Translations under genes and position numbers: made by a program | The notes under the pieces: generated by a model | The model's input: the letters and a program-made list of their open reading frames with translations, nothing else | The model's database searches: none | What the model was told of the DNA's origin: nothing | Shown: in pieces, positions 18,350-27,262 of the stretch | Numbering within the stretch: position 1 is the first letter of the stretch | Layout of the letters: each line of letters begins with the position of its first letter | NCBI RefSeq assembly: GCF_016865235.1 | Contig: NZ_CP064030.1 | Location: 3,902,603-3,942,602, forward strand | From: Dyella caseinilytica | GTDB taxonomy: Bacteria; Pseudomonadota; Gammaproteobacteria; Xanthomonadales; Rhodanobacteraceae | Length of the DNA stretch: 40,000 nucleotides | Direction: 5' to 3'

Positions 18350-19147
18350 TCAGCGCGTAACTTGCAGGTAGCTCTCGATTTCGTCGGCCGCCTGCGCCAC
18401 CTCTTGCCGTAGCGATGCTTTCAACTTGTCCGGCAAGTTATGCCGGGGAGCCATTACGTTGACGGAGGCAACGACATCACCGCTGCGGTTACGCAGGGGA
18501 TAAGCCACCGCCGAGATGCCCGGCTGGTAAAAAGATTCGCTGATCGCGTAGCCCTGCTCGCGGTCGCCATCCAGCAAGTCAAACAATTGTTGCGGTGTTT
18601 TCGGCCCAGCCTCGGAGGTCTCAGCGAACACTGCCTCCGTATAGAGCCGCTCCAGCTCTGAACGCGGCAAATCCATGAGCAATACCCTGCCGATTGCCGT
18701 GCAATGCGCTGGCAATCGTGAACCGATGCTGACACCCGCACCGATTTCGCCGGAAGCGGCAACCCTGGCCACATACACCACGTCGCGTCCATCCCGCACG
18801 CACAAGTGCGAGGAGCAGTCCGTGTTGTCGCGCAGCCGATGAATCACGGGCTGGCCGATCTGCACGATGTCCATCGACGACAAATAGTCGAAGCCCAGCC
18901 GGAGCACGCTGATGCCAAGCGCATAGCCACCCGAGGTGCCACGCGCCAGGAAACCCATCTCCTCCAGCGTCTGCACGGCGCGATAAACCGACGCCTTTGG
19001 CATCGTTGTGCGCTGGCAGATATCGCTGAAGCTCAGCTCGCCACGATGTTCGCCGAGCATGCGCAGTAAGCCGAGCCCCTTTTCCAGCGCGGGCACGGCG
19101 TAGCGTCTTTCGTGTTTCACGCGGATTACATCGTCGACGGACATCAA
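18350..19147 (-). CDS. IclR-family transcriptional regulator
   Basis: 265 aa. The N-terminal wHTH region reads VPALEKGLGLLRMLGEHRGELSFSDICQRTTMPKASVYRAVQTLEEMGFL. The C-terminal part is an IclR effector domain. The gene is embedded in the operon on the same strand. Confidence 0.9.
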   Translation of the reverse strand: MMSVDDVIRVKHERRYAVPALEKGLGLLRMLGEHRGELSFSDICQRTTMPKASVYRAVQTLEEMGFLARGTSGGYALGISVLRLGFDYLSSMDIVQIGQPVIHRLRDNTDCSSHLCVRDGRDVVYVARVAASGEIGAGVSIGSRLPAHCTAIGRVLLMDLPRSELERLYTEAVFAETSEAGPKTPQQLFDLLDGDREQGYAISESFYQPGISAVAYPLRNRSGDVVASVNVMAPRHNLPDKLKASLRQEVAQAADEIESYLQVTR

Positions 19148-19156
19148 GCGGCTCCT

Positions 19157-19918
19157 TTAATTGAAGACGAAGCCGCCGTTGACCGGCAGAGTTTGACCTG
19201 TCACGAAATCGGACAGCGACGACAACAGATAGAGCACGGTGCCATCGATGTCCGTGGGAACCTGCGCACGTGCGATGGCACGCCCGTCTTCGTAGAGACG
19301 GTGGCGTTCTTCGGGCACATATTCGGTCGCCTCGCACTGCGTGAGTCCTGGCGCAATGGCGTTGACGCAAATACCGTCCTTACCGACCTCGCGAGCCATC
19401 GCGCGCGTCATGGCGAGCACTGCGCCCTTGCTAGCGACGTAGGCCATCAAACGCGGCGCGCCCCATAGGGCTGTGTCGGAGGCCACCATCACGATCTTGC
19501 CGTGGTTGGCTTGGCGTAAGTACGGCAATGCTGCTCGGCTGACCAACCAGGTGCCACGAACGTTGACTTGCATGACACGGTCCCAGGTTTCCAGGCTCAG
19601 CATCTCCATGGTCGGCCCACCGATGCCGGTCGCAATCGCCGCATTGTTGACCAGGCCATCCAGGCCGCCCATCTTGCGTGCCGCTTCATCGACAGCCTGA
19701 TCGATCGCGCCGGGATCGTTAAGATCGATCGTCACTGCATCGGCGTGCAATCCTTCGTCACGCAGATGTACCAGTGTCTCCTGTGTATCGAGTATGTCGG
19801 CGACAACAACCTTCGCCCCGGCTCTCGCTGCAGCCAACGCGAAGCTTTGCCCCAATCCACGCGCAGCGCCGGTAATTAGCACCTTACGCCCGGCCAGTAC
19901 GCGGGTTCGCGAGCTCAT
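19157..19918 (-). CDS. short-chain dehydrogenase/reductase (candidate cis-dihydrodiol dehydrogenase)
   Basis: 253 aa with TGAARGLG, NNAA and the catalytic SxnYxxxK region (ASDTALWG...YVASKGAV). The start forms an ATGA overlap with the oxygenase stop (19915-19918). Confidence 0.85.
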   Translation of the reverse strand: MSSRTRVLAGRKVLITGAARGLGQSFALAAARAGAKVVVADILDTQETLVHLRDEGLHADAVTIDLNDPGAIDQAVDEAARKMGGLDGLVNNAAIATGIGGPTMEMLSLETWDRVMQVNVRGTWLVSRAALPYLRQANHGKIVMVASDTALWGAPRLMAYVASKGAVLAMTRAMAREVGKDGICVNAIAPGLTQCEATEYVPEERHRLYEDGRAIARAQVPTDIDGTVLYLLSSLSDFVTGQTLPVNGGFVFN

Positions 19919-20958
19919 GCCGGCGTGCCCTCCTTTTCAGCCAGGGCCTTTGCCCGCTGTTCGAGCTGAGCCTGAGCCATCTTCTGCATGATTCGGCGCA
20001 CGCGCGTAAGACCAGCATCGTGTGCATAGAGGAATTCATGATCGCGCGCATCGGCTGCCATGCCTTCGAGGATCAAGCGATCCTGCTCAAGCACCTCCCA
20101 GTGCAGCTTTTCCAAGCGATTGCGGTACATGAAGCGCCACGTATCACGCTGCCATCCCTGCACTTTGCGGATGCGCCAGAAGAACACGCGGCAATGATGC
20201 TCATCGACTGGTACGACCAAGCCTACGATCCAGAACGGACCACCCGGCCCGAACTGCTGGCGGTAGGGAATGGACAAGCGCAACCAGAACGTACCGCTGT
20301 GGCCAAACTCCACCCAATCGAAGTTGACGCCGCGCTGCCCGGTCTTTTCGAACAGGAAGCCATGATTGGTTGGCACAATCTGCATTTCCGCGCTGCGATC
20401 GCCATCGGCCATCGAGTGCGACGCCGCATGCAGGTACGCGCCGTGCATGGGGTCCATGACGTTGTCGATGGCGTATTCGTAACCACATTTCCAGGCTGCT
20501 GTGCAAAGGAAGTGGCTGTATTGCTCGGTATCCTCGAGTTCGGCCGGCAGGGTCAGTTCCGTCGCCTCCGATTGCTCGCTGGCCGCGAAATAGAGAAACA
20601 CCGCTCCGTGACGCTCCTGTACTGGATACGAGCGTATACATTTGGCACCCACCAATGGGCAGGTGTTGACGGCCGGTACATCCTTGACCACGCCATCGGT
20701 GCCGACTTCCACACCGTGATACCAGCAGGCCACGCGATCACCGAGATTCCATCCCATCGAAAGACGCGCGCCGCGATGCGGGCAGCGATCCTCCAGTGCA
20801 TGCACCTGACCTTGAGCGTCACGCCAAAGCACGATGTTTTCACCCAGCCGGGTGATGCCAAGCGGCGCGCTTGAAACTTCCCAGCTCGCCACGACCGGGT
20901 ACCAAAGATCGCGCAACCCCTGGCGCAGATAAGCACCGACTTCCGCCTTGCTAGCCAT
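19915..20958 (-). CDS. Rieske non-haem-iron oxygenase, alpha-only type (KshA/CarAa/phthalate-family-like)
   Basis: The ATG at 20958 (MASKAEVGAYLRQGLRDLWYPV) opens a 348-aa protein. The Rieske motif is CPHRGARLS...CWYHG. The mononuclear Fe motif is DNVMDPMHGAYLH. No beta-subunit gene is present. The upstream 129 codons of ORF 19915..21345 overlap the neighbouring gene in another frame. Confidence 0.85.
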   Translation of the reverse strand: MASKAEVGAYLRQGLRDLWYPVVASWEVSSAPLGITRLGENIVLWRDAQGQVHALEDRCPHRGARLSMGWNLGDRVACWYHGVEVGTDGVVKDVPAVNTCPLVGAKCIRSYPVQERHGAVFLYFAASEQSEATELTLPAELEDTEQYSHFLCTAAWKCGYEYAIDNVMDPMHGAYLHAASHSMADGDRSAEMQIVPTNHGFLFEKTGQRGVNFDWVEFGHSGTFWLRLSIPYRQQFGPGGPFWIVGLVVPVDEHHCRVFFWRIRKVQGWQRDTWRFMYRNRLEKLHWEVLEQDRLILEGMAADARDHEFLYAHDAGLTRVRRIMQKMAQAQLEQRAKALAEKEGTPA

Positions 20959-20987
20959 GCCTGTATTCCTCCAGATTCCCTTCGCGA

Positions 20988-21293
20988 TCAGTAGCCAAGG
21001 CTTGCCATGGCCGAGCAGAACGAGCTTTCCGTCCATGCGTGGCCACTGTGATCGTGCATGCCGAGTGCATTGAGTCGTGCGACTACGTCGCTCAGTTCCA
21101 ACGCACCTTGTCCGAATACTTGCTCCAGCGCCTCGACAAGCTGCTGCTCGTATTCGCTGGGTTCGCGTGCACGGGTCTGCCAGACCATGTTTTCCCATTG
21201 ACCGACGGCTTCGATCGAACCGGCACCTGGCGTCGACACTGGCGTCTGGCGCTGCCAAGTTTTGAGATACGTATTGAATGCTTGCTGCGTCAT
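20988..21293 (-). CDS. small conserved hypothetical protein (101 aa) between the ferredoxin and the oxygenase
   Basis: It is ATGA-coupled to the ferredoxin stop (21290-21293). Third-position GC is high, like its neighbours. The sequence is MTQQAFNTYLKTWQRQ...HDHSGHAWTESSFCSAMASLGY. I vaguely recall similar small proteins being labelled recombinase-like HTH in database annotation, but I cannot verify that. Confidence 0.6.
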   Translation of the reverse strand: MTQQAFNTYLKTWQRQTPVSTPGAGSIEAVGQWENMVWQTRAREPSEYEQQLVEALEQVFGQGALELSDVVARLNALGMHDHSGHAWTESSFCSAMASLGY

Positions 21294-21628
21294 GCGGCTG
21301 CCTCTTCCTTGGCTTGCAATGCGGCGGTATCGATCTGCACATCATCGCCGTGCAAACGCAATGGATAGGTCAGCAGATCCCGTCCACCTGGTTCGCGTAG
21401 ACAGCGACCGCTGCGGATGTCGAATACGGCCTCGTGCAACGGGCACTCGACCTTGCCATCTTCCACGAAGCCTTGGCTCAACAGGGCGTAGGCATGCGGG
21501 CAAACGTTTTCGATAGCGAAATAATCACCATCGACCAGGAAAACACCGATTTCTTTACCAGCGACTTTCACGCCAAATGGGTATTCCTCACGCACTTGCG
21601 ATCTGCTGCAAATCGTCTCCCAACTCAT
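21290..21628 (-). CDS. Rieske-type [2Fe-2S] ferredoxin (oxygenase electron-transfer component)
   Basis: 112 aa with CPHAYALLSQG...CPLHEAVF (C-x-H...C-x2-H). An AAGGGG SD lies upstream of the ATG at 21628. It is the first gene of the cluster. Confidence 0.85.
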   Translation of the reverse strand: MSWETICSRSQVREEYPFGVKVAGKEIGVFLVDGDYFAIENVCPHAYALLSQGFVEDGKVECPLHEAVFDIRSGRCLREPGGRDLLTYPLRLHGDDVQIDTAALQAKEEAAA

Positions 21629-21657
21629 GTACGCCCCTTCAATGTTCGATGCACATA

Positions 21658-21671
21658 TTTCACTGGTGAAA
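21658..21671. promoter_or_regulatory. candidate operator palindrome upstream of the catabolic operon
   Basis: TTTCAC-tg-GTGAAA has perfect 6-bp inverted arms and lies 30-43 nt upstream of the first start codon (21628). It is followed by GAAACTT direct repeats at 21668-21674 and 21688-21694. Assigning it to the IclR regulator is inference only. Confidence 0.25.
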
Positions 21672-22159
21672 CTTCGTTATCACGACAGAAACTTGAGCTG
21701 ACGTTATGCCGCCCATGGATAAATGTGCAAGCGAATAAGTGGACAAAAATGGTCGCGAAAGCAGAACATCGTGATGAACACAAACATGGCAAGAACGAAA
21801 TGTTCACAATGTTTCGTTGCAACACACGTGCGAAGAAAGATGACGAATGACCTCCGTGAATGCACCGTACAGAGCCGCTACAACGCATTACCGCTACGCA
21901 ACAGCATGTCGAAAAAACATGCAAGACTGCCGGCAGATATCACAAGAACTGCAAGTGTTAGATTACGACCTCTGAGAATACGACCTAATCATTTAGCATC
22001 AAATGACTTACATATCGCTCAACATTCACTGAGGAATGAATTAAGTTTTCCCTGCAAAAGAACAGGGAAGTTCGGGACGAAGCGGCGCAAAGCACCCGAT
22101 TTCGGCAAAACTTAGCCAAGACGAATCTACAATGTGGTGGCAGTTGTCGAAAGACGCGC

Positions 22160-22192
22160 AAAAGAAAAGCCGGCGAAGTACCGCCGGCTTGC
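22160..22192 (-). terminator. rho-independent terminator of maeB
   Basis: On the minus strand the stem gccggcg/cgccggc (22169-22188) is followed by TTTTCTTTT. It sits about 40 nt after the maeB stop. Confidence 0.7.
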
Positions 22193-22230
22193 GTCTTCAA
22201 CATTAGCCGCACCAAATGCGGTGCAGTGCC

Positions 22231-24516
22231 TTAATCCTTTTCGAGCTGTCCGCGGATTTGCGCATCAACGGCTGCAATGGCGGTCATATTCACTACGCGC
22301 CGCACCGTGGACGACGGCGTGAGAATGTGTGCAGGCTTGTCCACGCCCATCAGGATTGGCCCAATCGCCACACCATCGGTCATCACGCGCACGAGGTTGT
22401 AGGCAATGTTGGCGGCGTCGAGATTGGGCATCACGTACAGATTGGCGCGGCCACTCAGTGTGGTGTTCGGGAAGATGCGCTGACGCAACGCTTCGTCCCA
22501 CGCTGTATCGGCCTGCATTTCACCATCAACCTCTAGCTTTGGCGCACGTGCCTTGAGGATCTTGTAGACCTCACGCATCTTGGCTGCGCTGGCATTCTCG
22601 TGGCTGCCATAGTTGGAATGCGACAACAAAGCCACCTTGGGCTCGATACCGAACAGCTTGAGGCGATACGTCGCCTGCAGCGTGGCCTCGGCAATCTGCT
22701 CGGCGCTGGGGTCGCACTGCACATGAGTATCCAGGAAGAACCAGGTGCCCTTGTCGTTGATCACGCCGCTCATCGCCGATGTGCACGACACACCCGGATC
22801 CAGGCCGAACACGCTACGGATGTAACCCAGTTTCTTGTGGTAACGACCGACCAGACCGGAAATCATTGCATCGGCCTCGCCGCGCTCCACCATGATCGCC
22901 GCGATCAGGGTGGGACGTGAACGCAGCAGATTTTTCGCCGCCGCCGGCGAGACCCCGCGGCGCTCGGTCAGCGCGTGATAATGCTGCCAATATTCGTTAA
23001 AGCGCGGATCGTCGTTGATGTTGGTCAGTTCGAAATCGACACCTGCGCGCATGCGCAGGCCCATACGCTGGATTCGCGTCTCGATCACGTCCGGACGGCC
23101 GATCAGGATCGGGTAAGCGAGCTTTTCATCGATCACCGTTTGCACGGCGCGCAGTACGGTTTCTTCCTCGCCTTCGGCGTACACCACGCGCTTGCGGTCG
23201 GTGCGTGCACGCTCGTAGATCGGCTTCATGATGTAGCCGGTGCGGTAAATGAACTGCGCCAGCTTCTCGATGTACGCGTTCATGTCCGTGATCGGACGCG
23301 TAGCCACGCCCGACTCCATCGCGGCCACGGCAACGGCCGGAGCCAGCATCACCAGCAGGCGCGGATCAAATGGACGCGGAATCAGGTACTCCGCACCGAA
23401 GGTCGGCGGGTCGCCGGCGTATGCGCTGGCAAGATCGCCGGACTCCATCTGGGCCAGCGCGGCGATGGCGTGCACGCAAGCCAGCTTCATGGCTTCATTG
23501 ATGCCGGTAGCGCCTACATCCAGCGCACCGCGGAAGATGTAGGGGAAGCACAGCGCGTTATTGACCTGGTTCGGGTAATCCGAGCGGCCGGTGGCGATGA
23601 TGCAATCCGGGCGAACCTTCTTGGCGTCTTCCGGCAGGATTTCGGGGTTGGGATTGGCCAGGGCGAGGATGATCGGCTTGTCCGCCATGCTCGCAACCAT
23701 CTCTGGCTTGAGCACGCCTCCGGCCGACAGACCCAGGAAGATGTCCGCACCTTCAACGATTTCAGCCAGCGTGCGCGCCTTGGTGTCGCGCGCATAGCGC
23801 TGCTTGTCCGGATCCATCTGATCGCGACCGGTGTAGAGCACACCTTCGCGATCGAACGCCAGGATGTGCTCAGGCTTCAAGCCCAGCGCGACCAACATGT
23901 CCAGACAGGCAATGCCTGCTGCACCGGCACCGGCTGTGGCCAGCTTCACGTCTTCGATGTTCTTGCCGACCACTTTGAGCGCATTGACGATGGCGGCGCC
24001 AACGATGATCGCGGTGCCGTGCTGATCATCGTGGAAAACCGGGATCTTCATCCGCTCGCGCAGCTTGCGCTCGACGATGAAGCACTCCGGCGCCTTGATG
24101 TCTTCCAGGTTGATACCGCCGAAGGTGGGCTCCATCGCGGCGATGATGTCCACCAGCTTGTCCGGATCGCGCTCGGCCAGTTCGATATCGAACACGTCGA
24201 TACCGGCGAACTTCTGGAACAACACGCCCTTGCCTTCCATCACCGGCTTGCCGGCCAGCGGACCGATGTCACCCAGGCCCAGCACCGCGGTGCCGTTGGT
24301 GATCACCGCCACCAGATTGGAGCGCGCGGTGTATTCGCTGGCGCTCTGCGGATCTTCCACGATCGCCTCGCAGGCATAGGCCACACCCGGCGAGTACGCC
24401 AGCGACAGATCACGCTGGGTGATCAGCGAGGTGGTCGGCGAGACCTTGATCTTGCCGGGGCGCGGCAGGCGGTGGTAGTCGAGTGCGGCTTTGCGGAAGT
24501 CGTCAGAATGGGCCAT
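22231..24516 (-). CDS. maeB: NADP-dependent malic enzyme (malic enzyme plus PTA-like C-terminal domain)
   Basis: 762 aa from the ATG at 24516. The N-terminus [46 protein letters not shown] aligns with the E. coli MaeB N-terminus as I recall it. A phosphate-acetyltransferase-like C-terminal half is present. The ATG at 24561 is an alternative start. Confidence 0.92.
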   Translation of the reverse strand: MAHSDDFRKAALDYHRLPRPGKIKVSPTTSLITQRDLSLAYSPGVAYACEAIVEDPQSASEYTARSNLVAVITNGTAVLGLGDIGPLAGKPVMEGKGVLFQKFAGIDVFDIELAERDPDKLVDIIAAMEPTFGGINLEDIKAPECFIVERKLRERMKIPVFHDDQHGTAIIVGAAIVNALKVVGKNIEDVKLATAGAGAAGIACLDMLVALGLKPEHILAFDREGVLYTGRDQMDPDKQRYARDTKARTLAEIVEGADIFLGLSAGGVLKPEMVASMADKPIILALANPNPEILPEDAKKVRPDCIIATGRSDYPNQVNNALCFPYIFRGALDVGATGINEAMKLACVHAIAALAQMESGDLASAYAGDPPTFGAEYLIPRPFDPRLLVMLAPAVAVAAMESGVATRPITDMNAYIEKLAQFIYRTGYIMKPIYERARTDRKRVVYAEGEEETVLRAVQTVIDEKLAYPILIGRPDVIETRIQRMGLRMRAGVDFELTNINDDPRFNEYWQHYHALTERRGVSPAAAKNLLRSRPTLIAAIMVERGEADAMISGLVGRYHKKLGYIRSVFGLDPGVSCTSAMSGVINDKGTWFFLDTHVQCDPSAEQIAEATLQATYRLKLFGIEPKVALLSHSNYGSHENASAAKMREVYKILKARAPKLEVDGEMQADTAWDEALRQRIFPNTTLSGRANLYVMPNLDAANIAYNLVRVMTDGVAIGPILMGVDKPAHILTPSSTVRRVVNMTAIAAVDAQIRGQLEKD

Positions 24517-24675
24517 CGGATGCGATGCAACGGTTCGGAAGTGGGAAAAATGGGCTGCCATGAGGCAATGGCAGGCATGGTAGCACCCGGGTGCCCGCCC
24601 TTTACCGCCCGCGTATGTAGGCGACTGGCTTCGTATAGCGTCGATTTAGCGCTCGCGATCTCGGATTGAGAATGG

Positions 24676-25950
24676 CTACACGCCGATGGACAGCGACTCC
24701 GCTTCCACCTTCGACATGCGGATGCGGTTGATAAACAACGAAAACGCCAACTTCCCAGCCAGCCCGTGAACGTGCTGCATCCACGGCGGCAGCCAGCGGG
24801 GCGCAGCCAGCACGCCGGAGATGAAATGCGGCTCCAGGCTCATGACATCGTGCAAGGTCAGCTTGCCGGCGAACAGATAGCGCAATAGATCCAGGCGCCG
24901 CTCCTTCAGTGCCCAGCGGAAGAAGGTATGCACATCCAGCAGGCCGGACAGGTAAACGTTGTCCTTGGCGAAGGCTGCACCACCGGTCAGCGGTACACCA
25001 CGAAACACGCGTTGCGCGGAATGGAAGCTGTCCCCGACCGACTGCCCACACCGATTGAAGAAGCGATAGACCTCGACGAAGTCCGCACCATTGAGTGCCA
25101 TGTCGATGGCAAGAATACGCAAGCTGATGCGCTTGAGCCGGGCGATATCGATCGCACCCGACATCAGCTCGGCAAACACCGCCAGGCCCTCCTGCGTGGC
25201 GGTGACGCGCGGCGAGGTCCGTGCCAGCGAGGCCAGCAGCGGCTGTTCGCGTCCATTCAGGGCTGTGAGCGAATGCACGTAGGCTTCGTGATTGAGCAAC
25301 TGGTGTCGGTCGTACTGGCTGAAGCGCGTGCCACCGCGCAGCCGGATACGCGTCGCGCCTGCCGCTGCCTTGGCGGTGAGATCGTTATCGATTTCAACCG
25401 CGATCTTGCCCGTACCGAAGAAGTCATCCAACACCTTGGCCAGATCGGCGCGCAACACTTCGGAAGAGATGTTGGCGGTGATGTCATCGTCGTGCAGGTC
25501 TGCACCAAGCTCGTCGGACAGCTCCACGAAGTAACGCGCCGCGTCCAGGTTGCTGCGATCGCTGCCGGGTATCGCATCGCCAGGCTTGCCATACAACTGG
25601 ATGGAGGGCGCGGTGACGCCTTCGGTGCCGACGGCTTCCAGCATCTCCGCGGCAATCCGCCAGGACTCCGCGGTACGGCGCAGGTAGTCACCCAGTGGAT
25701 CGTCGTTGCCCGCCTCGCTTTCGATGGCGGCTAGTTCCTTGCGCACCTCTGAAAGATCAGGCGTTTTGTAGCTGACTTCGGGCAAGGCGTATTGACCCTT
25801 GCCGTACTCCTCGATCATCCGGTCTTCCAGCGATGCCGGCCAGCTCACGGTGGCGAGGATGTTGATGCCGCGCACCGCCGCCAGCAGGCGTTTGTCGAGT
25901 ACGGCGTAGGGTTCCAGGCCGGCAGGAATCGCTTCGACTGGTGTGCTCAT
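24676..25950 (-). CDS. DUF1704 / QEGLA-motif protein (tyrosine/phenylalanine carboxypeptidase-like, 'flavohemoglobin expression-modulating' family)
   Basis: 424 aa. It contains the family-defining TQEGLAVFAE motif and HEAYVH (a putative metalloprotease-like HExxH variant). Confidence 0.7.
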   Translation of the reverse strand: MSTPVEAIPAGLEPYAVLDKRLLAAVRGINILATVSWPASLEDRMIEEYGKGQYALPEVSYKTPDLSEVRKELAAIESEAGNDDPLGDYLRRTAESWRIAAEMLEAVGTEGVTAPSIQLYGKPGDAIPGSDRSNLDAARYFVELSDELGADLHDDDITANISSEVLRADLAKVLDDFFGTGKIAVEIDNDLTAKAAAGATRIRLRGGTRFSQYDRHQLLNHEAYVHSLTALNGREQPLLASLARTSPRVTATQEGLAVFAELMSGAIDIARLKRISLRILAIDMALNGADFVEVYRFFNRCGQSVGDSFHSAQRVFRGVPLTGGAAFAKDNVYLSGLLDVHTFFRWALKERRLDLLRYLFAGKLTLHDVMSLEPHFISGVLAAPRWLPPWMQHVHGLAGKLAFSLFINRIRMSKVEAESLSIGV

Positions 25951-25974
25951 AATGGGTAGAACCTGTTCAGGGTC

Positions 25975-27030
25975 TTACTCCCGTTCGCGCGAACCGCGCG
26001 GTCCGTGCGACTTCACCACTGGCCGGGCGCCACGCTGACGACGCAGCCTGGATTCCAGCATGGTGGCCTGCTCTTCGCGTTCGTCGCGCAGCTTCAAGTA
26101 ATTGCGCCAGCGTTCGGCGGAAAGCTCGCCATCGTGCAAGGCTTCCTGCACCGCGCAGCCGGGTTCGCTGCCGTGACCGCAATCGGCAAAGCGGCAGTTT
26201 TCCGCCAGCGTTTCGATGTCGGCGAACAGGTCCAGGTTTTCCTCGCCGGTGAGCTTCAGCTCGCGCATGCCGGGGGTATCGATCAGACAACCGCCGCTAG
26301 GCAACTGCAGCAGCGCACGGTAGGTGGTGGTGTGACGGCCGCGGCTGTCATGGCTGCGGACGGCCCCGGTCGCCATGCGCTCGCTGCCCAATAGCGTGTT
26401 GGTCAGGGTCGATTTGCCCGCGCCGGACGAACCCACCAGCACGGCGCTGTCGCCCAGCTTGAGGTAAGCCAGTAGCGCCGCCACGCTGGCCGGATCCTTG
26501 CCATTGATGGGATGGATCGGCGTAGCCGTGGGCAGGCGCGAACGCAGCTCCGCCACACGGGCTTCGGCGTCGTCGCGTTGGTCAAGCTTGCTCAGGATGA
26601 CCACCGGCTGTGCACCGGAGCCTTCGGTCAGGGACAAGTAGCGTTCGATGCGGGCAGGATTGAAGTCGCCATCCAGTCCCGTCAGCACCAGCACATAGTC
26701 AATGTTGGTGGCGATCACCTGGCGCTCGTAGCGCTCGCCTGCCGCGGCGCGCGACAGCACCGTACGGCGCGGCTGCACGGTAAGGATGTGCGGTGGCTTG
26801 CCGGGCTCGACCTCCACGAAATCGCCCACCGCCGGCCGCTCGGCCGGATCCAGGCTGCGCTTAAGGAAATGGCCGGCAGGCTGAGCACCGAAGGTCTGGC
26901 TGCCGTCGTGCAACTCATAGCCAGCACGGTGCTGTGCCACCACCCGTGCCAATCGCCGTCCGTCACCTGGAAGGGCGTCGCCCCGCCAGCCGATATGGCG
27001 GAGCTGTTCGATGGTCTGGGCGTCGCTCAT
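25975..27030 (-). CDS. rsgA: ribosome small-subunit-dependent GTPase A
   Basis: 351 aa. It has an N-terminal OB-like part and a circularly permuted GTPase (NIDYVLVL...ILSKLD...VGSSGAGKSTLTNTLLG...DTPG). The C-terminal zinc motif is CRFADCGHGSEPGCAV. Confidence 0.92.
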   Translation of the reverse strand: MSDAQTIEQLRHIGWRGDALPGDGRRLARVVAQHRAGYELHDGSQTFGAQPAGHFLKRSLDPAERPAVGDFVEVEPGKPPHILTVQPRRTVLSRAAAGERYERQVIATNIDYVLVLTGLDGDFNPARIERYLSLTEGSGAQPVVILSKLDQRDDAEARVAELRSRLPTATPIHPINGKDPASVAALLAYLKLGDSAVLVGSSGAGKSTLTNTLLGSERMATGAVRSHDSRGRHTTTYRALLQLPSGGCLIDTPGMRELKLTGEENLDLFADIETLAENCRFADCGHGSEPGCAVQEALHDGELSAERWRNYLKLRDEREEQATMLESRLRRQRGARPVVKSHGPRGSRERE

Positions 27031-27262
27031 GGGGTTCGATTATGCCGGTAGGAATGGGGAACGGGGAATGGATAGTCGTTCCTGACGCTCGCGCCTTGCC
27101 GGAGTGAACCGGTAACCGCGGACATTCCTGCACGGCCGCCACTTGCAATCCGTCCCTCTTTTTCGCCCGATTTGGCCCCCACAGCGCCCGCACACGCTGC
27201 TAGCATCCTTCCAGAACCGGCGCTAAGCCGGGTTTTCCCCGAAGAAAAAGAGGACTCCACCG

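Noticed and set aside
21819-21833. Sigma54-like element on the minus strand (TCGCAC-N5-TTGC)
   Set aside because: The invariant GG of the -24 box is CG here. No enhancer-binding protein is encoded in the cluster, and the site is about 190 nt from the start codon.
21625-21924. 99-aa Cys/Ser/Phe-rich ORF whose TGA overlaps the ferredoxin ATG (ATGA), and the 130-aa plus-strand ORF 21723..22115
   Set aside because: Both lie in the AT-rich leader. Their third-position GC is low, unlike every confident gene here, and I recognise no domain. The ATGA overlap is a by-product of the ferredoxin start context.
22975-24669. 564-aa plus-strand ORF
   Set aside because: It is antisense to maeB, has the same shadow-ORF composition and contains no recognisable motif.
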